From assembly GCA_000004695.1 (NCBI GenBank), contig CM000150.2:2912001-2976000 (forward strand): 64,000 bases of DNA, written 5' to 3'. The translations under genes and the position numbers were made by a program. Of the stretch, positions 1-13,271 are shown piece after piece. Below the pieces are notes generated by a model. The model searched no databases and was not told where the DNA came from. It was given only the letters and a program-made list of their open reading frames with translations. Source of the stretch: Dictyostelium discoideum. Taxonomy: Eukaryota. How positions within the stretch are numbered: the first letter of the stretch is position 1; each line of letters opens with the position of its first letter.

Positions 1-904
1 AGAATAAATATAAAAAAAAAAAAAAAAAAGGCAAAATATATATATAAATTAAAAATACAATACAAAATTGGGTGTGTGAATTTTTTTTTTTTATTTTTTT
101 TTTTTTTTTATTATTTTTTTTTTTTTTCAATTTATTTTTTTTTTATTTTTTTACTTTTTTTTTTTTTTTATTTATTTTTTATTTTTGTTTTTTTTTTTTT
201 TTTTTGCACGAGTCAGAATCAACCAAAAAAAATAAGTTTTAAAAGAAAAATAATATTATAATTTTGTTTTGGGAATTCTTTTTTTTTTTTTTTTTTTTTA
301 CAAATTTAATTTAAAACTACACATTTTTTCTTTATTTTTTATTTTATAAAACTGAATGAATGAATTCCAATGTATGATTAATAATTATAAATATATTGAC
401 AGTATTGAGGAGAGAATTTTTTCTATTCTTGAAAAATGAAATAAATAATGGTGAGGATGTAATTAATTGTATTTTGGTTGTTGTAAATTATTATCAAAAT
501 TTAAATATTTGATATTTTTAAAAAACCTTAGGATGGGAATTCGCCTTGAGAGGAGCCATTCTCGATTGCATATGGAATAGATTTGATGTATTTGGTTTTG
601 AAACAGGCGAGGCAGAATATCTTGGAATTATAATACTTGGCATTTTTTTTTCTTTTTTTTAATTGTTATTTGTTTTTTAATGAAATAAAAATTATAAATT
701 TCCTTCATTTTATACTTGATAATATTGTGAATCAAATAACACTGACTATTTTAAAAACTGACACCGGCACTGACACCTCTTGAAAAACCAAAATTATTTT
801 TTTTTTTTAAAAAAACAAAATACACAACAAACATCTCACGATTTTTTTATAGTCTGGGACAAAATTTCATCAAATACATATGTAAAAGTCTAATAACGCA
901 TTTA

Positions 905-1106
905 AATGAGACCTTAGCAAATTGTATCACCCAATAAAAAAACATGACACCTTTGCAAAGTGTGTCATCCAGTTGGTTTTCAATGACACCTAAGCATGGA
1001 GGTTTATTGTAATTGTCTCCTAAAAATGGCGCCTTAAGAAAGTGTGTCATCCATTTTTTTTTCAATGACTCCTTAGCATAGTGGTTTATTGTAATTGTCT
1101 CCAAAA
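905..1106. repeat. Degenerate tandem repeat of about 80 bp, two to three copies, containing 'tgtgtcatcc...caatgacacctaagcatggaggtttattgtaattgtctcc'
   Basis: Direct reading: 961-1041 and 1042-1106 align almost base for base, and a weaker partial copy lies at about 905-960. It is non-coding; the ORF on 847-1104 is an artefact that starts at TTG. Confidence 0.6.
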
Positions 1107-1200
1107 CGTTAGAAGTTAGCAGTTGGTCCAGGGTTCAACTCCCTGAGGGGTCTTCCTTTTTGGGGGGGTAACAAAAGTAGATCGCATGTTCGATTCTTAA
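1107..1200 (+). other. tRNA-like fragment with D-arm-like and T-arm-like segments but no anticodon arm
   Basis: 'ttagcagttggtccagggttcaactccctgagggg' has an A-box-like 'TAGCAGTTGGT' directly followed by a perfect T-arm (stem CAGGG, loop TTCAACT, stem CCCTG). A second 'gcatgttcgattc' B-box-like motif lies at about 1183. No complete cloverleaf can be drawn. Confidence 0.3.
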
Positions 1201-1780
1201 AAAATACTGTTAGTATGATTTTTTTTTTTGTTTCTTGAAATATTTGGATTAATTTTCAATATTTAATGAGATTAAAAAGTTAAACAAATATCAGTATATA
1301 TTTTTAATTTCATTAAGTTGTTTTTATTTTTGTTTTATTGTAAAAAAAAAAAAAAAAAAATAGGATTTTGTAAAAAACAAAAAAAAAAACATATAACCTA
1401 ATTAAAAAAAAAAAAAGGGAAATAAATATTCAGAATTTAATTTTGGAATAATAAAATAATCTTGAATTGATTTCTAATAACAGGTAACTATTCCCTTTAG
1501 TTTTTTATATTCCAATATACCAACTCATTGAAATAAAAATGAAAAATTAAAATATTGTCCCCTTCCCAATAGCCAAACACTTGTGGATATTTTTTTAATT
1601 TTTTATTTTTTTTTTTTTTTTTTTTTTTTTGGGCCAATTTTCCATTTCAAAAAAAAACTTTTTTTTTTTTTTTTTTTTTGAATGGTTTTTTATTTTTTAT
1701 TTTTTTTATTTTTTATTTTTTATTTTTTCAATCTCGATGTTTTCGTTTTACCACATTCCAAATTTTAATAATAATTTCAA

Positions 1781-4700
1781 ATGATAAATAAAATTTCTCG
1801 TTTTAAAATATTATTATTGTTTATTTTTATTATTTCATTGACATGTGCTCAAGATGGTAAGTTTTTAATTATTTTCTTTTTTATAAAACATTTGCAAATA
1901 TTGACTTTTTTTTTGAAAAAAAAAAAAAAAAAAAAAAAATTTTAGAGGAATTAATATCAACACCTGAAGGGTATTACGATTTAAAACGGTTTAAAAGATT
2001 TCAACACTATAAAAATATCCAACCCAATGAAGAAGCAGGATATACAGATTTATATTATCCAGATGTTTGTAAAAATGCTATAAGGAATAGAGATGGAGCT
2101 CCAACATTTAATCAGAGAAGCTTTCCAGGTTATACAGGAGTATTCGACACTTTACTAATAACAAAGGGTATTTATCATTGTAAAATTCATAAAAATACAT
2201 CATTTTGAAAAACTTAACATTAACATTTCACCATTATCATTTCATTCAATCAAAGGTACCAATATGACATTGGATTCAACCGGTTTCCTTACTGGTCTGG
2301 GTATCTGGTCACTCTTGACTTTATGTGTTGAAGGAAATTTAACGGTACTTTATAATCCAGATGAATTTTCTTTCGTACCTGTTCATAGGTTAGTTATACT
2401 ACCAGGTGGAACTATAACATCCCATGCAAATTCATTTCTATTCTGGGATACTTACCAAGTTGATGAGAATTTTCAAGAAGAATTAAACAAAAGAGTAAAG
2501 ATTGATCCTTTTAATTTTTTCCCTGGTCTACTAGTCTTGGGAGGAAATTTAAATTTATTTGGTAATAGTCAATTGACTTATACTGCTAAACGATTGAACG
2601 ATACTACATTGGAACTATCAACTCCATTTTTAAATATGAAATTTCTATGGAATAAATATATAATTACAATCTTTACAGAATCAATACCACAAGGTGATGA
2701 TTGTCTTTTTAATATGGATTCAGATAAAAGAACTTTTTACTTAATTAAAACCAACTATGGTACTTGCAATCCATTACGGGAAACAGATAAACTCATGAAA
2801 GTAGTAATCTCATACAACCGATATGAGGATAATTACTCAAGCTATATATCTCTTTTTTCAGATTATTATGGTTTCGAACCAAATGAAGCTTCTATTTTTA
2901 TAACAGGTGATTCAAATGTCTATATTGAAAATTATCTTATTAAAAATTTAGGCAAAACAAAAAATAATGCATACAGTGATACAAAATTAATATTTTCACC
3001 AAATAATACAAGTGAAGTTATAGGGTTTATAAATGGTACCAATCAAAGATTTAGAAGTTCTTTATATATAGAGTTTTCAAATAATGTTATCATTAAAAAT
3101 TGTGTAATTATAGAATCTTCTTCAGAAACAAGATCACCGTTAGTATTTTTTGGTTCAAACGTATATTTATCAGATAATTTAATTTCAAGTAAATCTGGTT
3201 CAAGTTTAATAGCACAATATGGAACTGAAAATATTCAATCTATAAATAATTTTTATTTTCAAAAAGGTGTTTCACATCAAACTGCCTCTCAAATATTAAA
3301 TCCAATTAATATGGATTTTGGAAATGAAGGAAATGGCATTTATTCAGTATCACCAAATCTTTTATCAAGTGATGATTTTTTTATTGGTCAAAATTATTCA
3401 ATTACTTTTAACTTTATTGCCAATAGGTCAAAAATTACTGGTTTTGATCAAGATTGTTATGCACCATGTTTTAGTGATTCAATCAATTTTTCAAATAAAA
3501 TTCAGTATCCTGTAGATTTTAAAATTTTTAATCCAAAGTTTTTACCAACAAATAATACCAATAGCGATTGGTATATTTTAAATATAAATGATAATGGAAA
3601 TCAACCAGGTACCTATTATACAGTAAAAAATTTAACAACTTTAGATCCCGTACAGTTTTCATTGGATAATAGCGCTTTATCCTTTTTAGGTCTAGAAGCA
3701 AGTGAAAATTTTAAAATGAATGGTAATGCCAAAAGATTGGATATTGTTAATTCAATTATCAGTTCAAAAGCTTTAACCAACCAACAACAAATAATTTCAA
3801 AAGTTTCATCATCAGCTATTAGCTTTAAAAATTCTTATATATACAGTAAATTAGGTCAACAAATTACACCTATAGATAATCAGATTTATGGATCATTAAT
3901 TACACCATTTTATTATAATGATTCAGATATTTTAAATCAAGTTAAAATTTTATCAATTTTTCCCAATGTCCCTTTTCAAATTGTATCAGGTTCTATATTA
4001 AATGTTAGCATAAACCTTCAAATTATTTCAACGGCTGATATTTCATGCACTTTCTCTTCAGATAATTCTACTTTTAGTACAACAATTTTGGTTAACCCAT
4101 CAGACGGAAGTTGTGTTTTACCACTTGTTTTTGAAAAAGAAGGTTATTTTAATTTAAAAGTCACATTAAAGATTTCAACATCAAAGGATTATTATTATAT
4201 AGTTGATTTTCCAAAGATTACAGTATATAATGAATATTTATTTTATTCAGGATGGGTAATGATTGATTCAAGCACAGATGAATTTCTATTTGAAGGTAAA
4301 ATATTTAAATCAGGTTGCCAACAACAGGTATTAGGTAATTGTACAATATCAACAAATTCAAAGTTTATAAATGGCTTGCCAAATGTAACAGAAACAGATG
4401 AACTTAATAGATTATTTTCAAGTGGTATAACATCAATCAATCCATATGAACCTGTGACAATTACAATACCAATTGATAAAGAATCAAAAAAGAATCAAAT
4501 CCAATTATTTTTTACTCACCAACCAATTGATATAGAATATAGTCTATTATCAATATATGTAGAAAATCAACCAATATTCCTTTTAGAACAATTACAAAGT
4601 GGTTTAGGTTCAACATTTAAAAATTTAACATTTAATTATGAAAATTCAAAATCACTAGAAATAATCAACATTTCTTTCACAACAAGAGGTGATATCTATT

Positions 4701-5675
4701 TAACTTCAATGGCGGTTTATTCATCAGCCATCCCAATAATCGTTACACCAACACCAACATCAACAACATCAACACCAACACCAACATCAACAACAACATC
4801 AACACCAATTCCGACAACAACACCTACAACAACACCAAAAACATCAAAAACAACCTCCAAAAACAAATTAAAAATTGCTTTACCAATTTGCCTTTTTGCT
4901 CTTTTGGTTGCTGTTGGAGTTTTAATATGTTTTATTTTCAGAAAAAAAAAACAAAAGAAACAAAAATTAGATAATAATATGGAGGATGGAAGTGAGATGT
5001 CTTCAATTAAAATTAAAAAAGAAAATTATAATTCTTTTAACAAGTTTAAAGAGTCAACAGTATTTAAAAACGATGATTTTAAAAATTATTCCAATCCAAC
5101 CGAAACAACAATTTATAGCACTTCCGATTCACTTTTAAACTTTGTTGGCTCTGACTTTTTAAATTACTCTGACCCAAACATCCCCTTATCCTTTAGTAAA
5201 AATATTTTAGAATTTGGATTAAAAGGTTCAAAATGCGATATCAATACCTTCCTTTCCGATTCTTTACGAATAACAAATAACTCTAATATTATATTATGTA
5301 TTTGTACAGTTCTTCCAAGAAATGACTCTGGTGAAGTAAGAATTTTTTGTTTTTTTATTATTATTATAATGAATTTAATTAACTAATCAATAATGAATTT
5401 TTTTTTCAGGTAAATGTTAGTCCAGATTCTTTTGAATTAGATCCAAATCAATCAAGAGAGATAGAATTTTCTTTAAAGTTAAATTGCACAACAAGAGTAG
5501 GTTGAATTTTTATAATTGAATTATTATAATTTAGTTAATATATATACTAACTGCACATCTATTTATATCCTAGTTTTTTGAAAGATTTGCTATTGAGGCT
5601 AGACATACTCACAGTTTCAAGTCAATTCACACTCACCTTTTCATTCATGTTGAATCTAAGATTTCCTCTAAAGTA

Positions 5676-5713
<38 letters not shown>

Positions 5714-6690
5714 GATTTTAACTTAACTTTTCTTTAGTTGGATATAAAAGAGATTGAAGTTAAAGAATTGATTTCACAAAATAATTTATCAACTGTTAAT
5801 ATAGCAAATTATAGAGGTTTACAAGTTGTTTTGAGAAAGATTAAAACTCATAGCGCAAATTACACCAAAACTTACTCTCAAGCAATCAAAAAATTCTACA
5901 CAGAAATGGATATACTCTCAAAGTTAAAAAACAAAAATATTGTTTCATTTATTGGTTGCACTCACGACTCTTCTCACCTTTGGATTGTTACTGAATATGC
6001 ACCATTGGGATCTCTTAGTTCTCTTATCCATCAAAAGAAAGAAAAACTTTCATTAATTCAAAAAGTCAAGTAAGTAAAAAAAAAAAAAACAATAATATTA
6101 TAATTTAGTTCTTTTTTCTAATATTATTAATAGGTTAATGTTAGATACAGCAAAGGGGTGTGAATTTCTACACTCAAATGATATTACGAATTGTAATATA
6201 AAATCAAATAATTTATTACTCTTTTCAACAATGGAAAAAGATGATGTTTGTGTAAAAATTTCAGATTTTGGTATAAAAAGTAATTATTATTATTTTTTAA
6301 ACAATTGTTATTTTTTATACAATGATTATTTCTAACTTTTTACAAAAAAAAAAAAATAAATAAATAAAAATAGAATTTGAAGTACAAAACCAAAATGAAA
6401 AAGAAATTTTTAAAGATGAAAAAGATCAAAAGCTAATTGATGTTTATGAATTTGGAATTACATTCTATGAAACAATGCTTGAAGAAACTCCAGAAAACCT
6501 ATCTAATTTAATATTGGAAGGTGAGAGACCAACTCTTGATTTGGAAAAATTAGATGCAGACATTAGAAACATAATTGAAAGATGCTGGAACCAAAACAAA
6601 AGGTCAACATTTTCAGAGATTAGTATTTCACTAAAAGAAAAATATACAAAATTGTTGGAGAAAAATAATGAATTAATACAAGAGAATTAA
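1781..6690 (+). CDS. Receptor-like membrane protein, paralog A: signal peptide, beta-helix-like extracellular domain, Thr/Pro mucin-like stalk, one transmembrane helix, cytoplasmic degenerate (pseudo)kinase domain
   Basis: Eight exons inferred: 1781-1856, 1946-2167, 2256-5335, 5410-5496, 5574-5672, 5738-6069, 6134-6279, 6374-6690. Splice phases check out and the exons align with paralog C. The signal peptide is [23 protein letters not shown]. Repeated 'GxSNVxIxN' units resemble a parallel beta-helix. The stalk is [31 protein letters not shown] and the TM helix is [22 protein letters not shown]. The kinase-like region keeps VVLRKIK and ISDFG but has no Gly loop, has HRDLKPDN replaced by NCNIKSNN, and has no APE segment. 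Confidence 0.7.
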
Positions 6691-6699
6691 TTTAAAAAC

Positions 6700-6960
6700 T
6701 AACAATAAAAACAAGATAATTTATTATTATCTATGAAATTAGAAATATTTTTTTTTTTTAAATTATTGTTAATATTATTTGGATTACTACAAATGATATT
6801 AAAATAGAGATAGTAGATTTAGAGTTAATAGTAGGTGAAGCTGCAATTAAGTGTTAAACACTATTATTATTTGTTGTAGTTGTTGTCGATTTACTTGATT
6901 TTACAACTGGTTGGAACTCCAGATGTTGTACCGTTTGTAATGGAACAAGGAAAATAAAAA
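6700..6960 (-). pseudogene. Truncated 3' remnant of a GPI-anchored paralog (gene D-like), stranded after a segmental duplication
   Basis: 6661-6960 is about 90% identical to 10020-10330, which is the 3' UTR of the kinase gene plus the last ~80 codons and hydrophobic C-terminus of the minus-strand gene 10116-13271. No upstream body is present. Confidence 0.6.
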
Positions 6961-7137
6961 ATAAGATATTAACAAATGTTTTTATTGAAGATAATTTTGG
7001 TAAAAACCAATTAAAATTTTTTTTTTCTTTTTTTCAATCTCTTAGAAATATGCCTTATTTTTTTTTTTTTTTTTGGATGGCATTCGTTTTTTTTTTTTTG
7101 GAAGACATTTTTTTTTTTTTTCTTATATTCAACAAAA

Positions 7138-10050
7138 TGAAATTAGGACAAAGGATATTTATTTTGATATGCTTAGTTATCAACTCTTTCTCTAATTGTA
7201 AGTCAACAATTAATTAAATATTATTCATTTTTTTATTAAAAAAAAAAAAAAGACTAAAAAAAAAAAAAAAAAAGGCAGTCTTGTGGTTTCACCAAATGGT
7301 TATTATAACATTTATCGAGAAAATAATTTTGGGAATATTTTAAATTTAAAGCCAACAGCAGAAAACAAATTACAAGATTCATATTATCCAGGTGTTTGTA
7401 GCAATGCAGGAAAAAATAAAGATGGTGTGACTAGTTTTTTAATATCCTCTTTCTCTATTTTTTTTTATAAATTACATCAACGTTATTGTTACAAAAGGTA
7501 TGTAAAATTTTATTTTAAATAGAATCATATTATGAAATATAAAATATTAACCAAATGCAATTAATTAACCAATTAGGTTCACATATGGTATTGGGAGATT
7601 TGGAATATTCTAAAATGAGTAATGTTAGAACTTTATTGAATATAGTTTGTGTTGAAGGCTCATTATTATTTTCAACACAAAGTGTTTTATATATGAGTGT
7701 CTTGGTAATGTTACCTGGTGGTAGTTTTGAATGTTTAGATTGCACAATTCGTTTTCGTGAACTACATCCAGCAAGCTCTCAGATCGATCCATTTGGTTTT
7801 TTCCCTGGTGTACTTGCTTTAGGTGGCTCGTTATCTCTTATTGGGAAGCAAAAAACTACATATTCTGCGACCAATATTGGTGGAAATATATTAGAGGTTC
7901 CAGATCTTTCAACATTAGATAGTTTCAATGGTTACAGTTTATCAATATTTAGTGAATCATTTCCTTTGGGAAAATCTTCAACCTTTTCCCATTATTTAAA
8001 TCGAATAAGTGTATTAGATTTGGTTATTCCGAAAACAGATAAAAATATAAGAGTCTTCTTTAATCCAAATTTTTCATTTTTCAACTCAGACAAAATCAGA
8101 TACCGCTTCAATTCATATCACAGGAAATACCAATGTATATAGAAAATTTTTACATCAATTCTTTTGGAAAGACTTCAAATGATCAATATAGCGATACAGA
8201 ATTGGTATTCTCACCTGATGATCCAAATTTAATTACAGAGTTTATAAATGGTAACAAAGATTTAGAAATTCATTATATATAGAGCATTCAAATAATGTTA
8301 CTATAAAAAATAGCGTTATACTTGAAACAAAAGAAACAAGATCACCATTAGTAATTTTTGGTTCAAATGTAAATATATCAGGTAATATAATATCAAGTAA
8401 TTCTGGTTCAAGTATTACAGGATTTGATAAAGATTGCTATTCACCATGCTATAATGATTCGATAAGAGTTTCAAGTAAAGTTCAACATTTATTAGTTCAT
8501 CAAATTACTCTGAGTTTTCTTTTTAGAATCAGCGAAACAGGTAGTAAACAAAGTTCAATTTATAAAATAAAAAATTCAAATTTAAGTTATCCAATTTCAG
8601 TATTATTAGAAAACAACGCATTTATATTAGATAATGTTTATGGTTTTGGTGATTTTAGTAATAATGGTATGATTAAAAGATTTGATATAATAAACTCAAC
8701 ATTAGATCCTTCTGCATCATCATCAATAAGTTTAAACAATTTTTCAAAAGCAATTTGTATTCAAAACTCATTTATGGATTTTAAATCATTTCAAAAACAA
8801 AACAATCAATTATTACACCTTACCTATACTATTTCGAAAATACAATGAATCTTATAAAAGTATCAAAAATGTATCCAAATGTAAACCATCAAATTTTAGC
8901 AGGTACAGTACTAAATATGGGTATTGAAATTATAATTATAGCACCATTATTTGGGAAAATGGATTGCATATTTGAAGATGAAAGTAGTGTTCAAACAATA
9001 CCATTTGATAAATCAAGTAATTCATGTGTTTTACCATACACATTTAAAAATGAAGGTTCATTTAATGTACGAGTTACATTATCACTAAATAACTCTGGAG
9101 ATAGTGTATTTCAAGTATATTTTCCAATGGTTACAGTATTTAATATATTCATTTTATTCAGGATGGGCAATGATTGATTCAAATATAGAAAAAGAAATAA
9201 TAATAGATGGTAATATATTTAAAAAAGGTTGTCAACAACAGGTATTAGGTAATTGTACAATATCAACAAATTCAAAGTTAATAACAGGTTTACCAAATGT
9301 GACAGAATCAGATGAACTTAATAGATTATTTTCAAGTGGTATAACATCTATCAACCCATATGAACATGTAACAATAACAATACCAATTGATAAAGAATCA
9401 AAAAAGAATCAAATCCAATTATTTTTCACACTAACCAATTGATATAGAATCTAGTCTATTATCAATATATGTAGAAAATCAACCAATATTCCTTTTAGAA
9501 CCATTACAAAGTAATTTAGATTCAACATTTAAAAACTTAACATTTCATTATGAAAATTTAAAATCTCAAGAAATAATCAACATATCTTTCACAACAAGAG
9601 GTGATATCTATTTAACTTCAATGGCGGTTTATTCATCAGCCATACCAATAATCGTTACACCAACACCAAAAACATCAAAAACTACCTCCAAAAACAAATT
9701 AAAAATCGCTTTACCGATTTGCCTTTTTGCTCTTTTGGTTGCTGTTGGAGTTTTAATATGTTTTATTTTAAGAAAAAAAAAAAACAAAAATTAACTAATA
9801 TTATGGAAGATGGAAGTGAGATGTCTTCAATTAAAATTAGTGTTTCACCTTTATCCAACTTGGGATAAAAAATGTTTTTTTTTTTTTTTTTTGATTACTA
9901 CCTTTTCAGTCCTTATTTTTTTTTGCGATCCAAAAAAAAAATTAAAAAATAAAATTCGGATTACAAATTAAAAAGGAATTTGTTTATCTTAAAGAAAAAT
10001 ATATAAAACTGTTTGGGAAAAGTAATGAATTAACACAAGAGAATTATTTT
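7138..10050 (+). pseudogene. Mosaic, frameshifted pseudogene of the receptor-like family, paralog B
   Basis: The signal-peptide exon MKLGQRIFILICLVINSFSNC at 7138-7198 and a second exon at 7269-7500 are intact. The main body is then broken into ORFs 7555-8142, 8845-9177 and 9104-9442 by frameshifts and deletions. Its 5' half resembles paralog C and 8845-9440 is near-identical to C. Its 3' part (9420-9840) is near-identical to paralog A but has lost the Thr/Pro stalk. Only a short kinase-domain tail remnant survives at 9960-10050. Confidence 0.65.
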
Positions 10051-10115
10051 AAAACTAACAATAAAAACAAGATAATTTATTATTATCTATGAAATTAGAA
10101 ATATTTTTTTTTTTT

Positions 10116-13100
10116 TTAAATTATTGTTAATATTATTTGGATTACTACAAATGATATTAAAATAGAGATAGTGGATTTAGAGTTAATAATAGGTGAAGCT
10201 GCGCTTAAGTGTTCACCACTATTATTATTTGTTGTAGTTGTTGTCGAAGAGTCTGTTGATTTACTTGATGTTTCAACTGGTGCGCCAGTTGTTGTACCGC
10301 TTGTAATTGGAATTGAATAAGGAATTGTATTATTTGAAAAAACTTCAATACCGCACATTGGTATTGAGTACTTGAGATTATCAGATGCCCACTCAATCAT
10401 GAGTGTAACATCAGTTGAACCACTATTCCAATAGAATGGCCCAAATTTTTGATATTTTTGATAAGGTGAAGAAGGTCTTGAGTATGGATCTTGATATTTG
10501 CCATTAATCTTAATTGTGAAAATGGGTAGTGAGTTGACGATGTTGGCTCCAGTGTAATCTGCATTATAAGAGTAGATGAAAAACTTGTATTCTGCATTTG
10601 CTGGTAAAGTTAAATTTACTGAACTTTTAATTCCTAATGTAACATCATTTGATAAATAAGATGTTAACATTGATACTTCATCAGTTGCGCTTCTGATAGT
10701 TCCAGTTGTAGATTCAGTTACCGTTGATGGAATTGGTGATACTTTACTGTATTTACCAGTTACCTTACATATTCCACTAATCCAACCACATTTAGTCCAT
10801 TGGTTGCCTAAAATTGATAGTGCTTTGGAAGATGAACTAAAATCTGGAGTTAAATCTATACCAAGGTAAAACAATTGAACACCAGAATCAACTATATAGG
10901 TTTGAGCATAATATGGTCCAACAATAGATGGATCATTTGGAGCATATAATAGATTGGATGAAACAATAACTGTATAAGGTCCATTAGCTTTTGGGAAATT
11001 GGCAACCTTGGAAATAGGAGAAGCACTTGAAGGGTAATCTATTGATTGAATTACTTCGTTTACAATATATTCTATATTTTGATTTGAACCTAAAAGGTAA
11101 TCGACGTTTGGTTTAAATGATAATAAAAGTTGATTTGAAGTTATTGAATTTACCATTGGGTTAAAATTATATAATGGATATAAACCAAGGACCCCTTCAA
11201 ATATATCTAATTTTGTACCATTTACATTAGAAAGGTATAGCTGTGTGGTATATTTCTTTAAGAATAAAGATGAACTAGAATAATGAGAGAAGAGAGAGTT
11301 TTTAATTGATAAATAACCACACGAAAATGTTTCAGAAAAGAAAACATAATTTCCTTTGGCAATGGAATTAACAATTGATATCGCATTGTATTTGCCATTT
11401 AGAGTGTTTGGAGCATTAGTAAATACTTTCTCATTTGAAGATAGAGAGTTTGCAATATATGGAGAATCATAAAAGATTTCAATGTTTGCTTGGTTTCCGG
11501 TTGAACCAAGAGTTAATGATGGTTGCTGTCGAATATACCAACCAAATTTTATATTAATTTTTAGTGGGGGTTGAGTTCCAATTGGATATCTAACACGTAC
11601 TTCAGTTTCACCTGCAAAGAAATTACTCAAAAAAACAACATTGTTCCAAACATTATTAGTTTTGTAATCAGCAGTGTTATCTTGAGTTAATCCAGAGTGT
11701 ATACCTATCAGTTTATCTGATGCTAAACCCAATGTTGAATATCTACTTTGAATTGGGATTACATGAATTGCACCTCCTTTGAATTTACCTTCAAATGCAT
11801 TTCCTTCATATGTAGAGTAGGGTGATGATGTTATTATACCAACATTTATATAATCTATGTCTGGATAGGTTCTATATGATGAAACTATGCTGGTATCCGA
11901 GTATAAAGAAATGAACCCATTATAGCTAATATCAAATTGCTCTGTTCCATATAATAATGAAATACCACTGATACCTTTTCTCAATGCAAATGCATTACCA
12001 GATATTGTACCAAATGAACGTTTAGCACCAATAAAAGCTCTTGGGATTTCACTTTCTCTTAAAGTATCAATGTAGTCATAATCCATGAACATATTATTCT
12101 TAATATTTACTGCTTCTTTATTATGTAATAAAGTTATTGGATATCTATCAGGTATATTTTTTCCATATTTAAGAACATTATAGTTTGAATTTAATATATT
12201 ATCATCGAGAACATTGCTTGTTGTATGTCCAATATCATAAAAAACACTGTTTTGAATATTAACAATCGATCCAAGAGTAAAAGTCATTGAACTATTATAA
12301 AACCCTTTGATAAATACATTTTTAGACCAAGGTCTCATTACAATATAACCACTTCCACCAAATATTTCTCCTATTATTTCACTTGGGGATGCTGCGATAG
12401 CACTAGTATAATATTGATCCATTGAATAATTAATATTGTAATTTGGATCATAACTTCCACTCATTCTAAATAAAGGTAATCCTGGACTTGAATAAGAAAA
12501 AGGAGTACGGAGGAATGAACCTCCATAAGAACCAGATTTTGATGTGTTCCTTCCTGCCCATATTGACTCAGTGTTAAAACCAATAATGTTAACTGTACCG
12601 CCCAAGGAGATAAAAGGAGATGTTTGAAGAGGATCCCAAGATGGGAAATTCCAATATTCAAAAGCGGGTAAAAATATTGTGTGATTAAAACTTGAAGATG
12701 GTTTTGATTCAAATACACCAGTTGGGAATATAATTGTTTTGGAGACTGTGTAATATGTATTAGCATTTGGATCAAGAACCAATTTTCCTTTAATAATAAT
12801 TGTATAAAGCCAACTGACTCTTCCATAAAACGTAACTGTTACTCCTTCTGGAATAACCAAAACATTTTTTAACAATAATAAACTTCCTGAAGGGTTTTCG
12901 TTAATGTTTATTGGTGGTGTAAATAAATCAGTGGTAAGAAAGTTTGTGTCACTATATATTGTGCAACTTGATTTGAAAGTGTATTTTACTGTATTTGGAT
13001 TTGACTCCAAGTCTGGATAAAAATCACCTTTGTAGTTTGGGTTTTCTGGATAAAAATTAATCTTGAAATGTGGCTGCCCATTAATATTTACACGTGGAGA

Positions 13101-13271
13101 GTTCCAATCGAATGAATAAAGTTCTTGAGAGTAAGTTTCTTATTTTTTTAAATTTATTAAGATTAGTAAATCTATAGGGAAAAAAAAATAAAAAATAAAA
13201 ACAGAAAATTTTAAATAAAAGTATATACTCTGATATAATATAATGACCAGCGTAACTAATAACTTTATCAT
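10116..13271 (-). CDS. Secreted, probably GPI-anchored paralog D of the receptor-like family, with no kinase domain
   Basis: Two exons: 13271-13229 (MIKLLVTLVIILYQ signal peptide, phase 1, GTATAT donor) and 13138-10116. The extracellular domain shares blocks with A and C (for example FISLGGTVNIIGFN versus ITLGGSLSLLGKQ). It ends in a Ser/Thr-rich stretch plus the hydrophobic tail STISILISFVVIQIILTII, which is typical of a GPI signal. There is no TM helix or cytoplasmic domain. Confidence 0.65.

Noticed and set aside
76-261. ORF-track 'protein' MNFFFLFFFFF...
   Set aside because: It is a translation of a poly(T)/poly(A) intergenic tract with no real start context. The same applies to ORFs 13564-13812, 21455-21682, 26928-27182, 30955-31149, 33232-33450, 44151-44411, 56644-56953 and similar.
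847-1104. 85-aa ORF on the minus strand
   Set aside because: It starts at TTG, not ATG, because the ORF track evidently allows alternative starts. It lies inside the tandem repeat and is not coding.
3318-4440. Small internal or antisense ORFs within gene A exon 3 (3318-3515, 4243-4440)
   Set aside because: They are nested in or antisense to a long, well-supported exon. Codon usage is incoherent.
5337-5409. Apparent continuation of gene A's main ORF to 5386
   Set aside because: This is read-through into a GTAAGA...TTTCAG intron. The homologous position in paralog C is spliced.
9960-10050. Possible separate small gene after pseudogene B
   Set aside because: It is the decayed tail of B's kinase domain (compare 6600-6690 of gene A: ...[20 protein letters not shown]).
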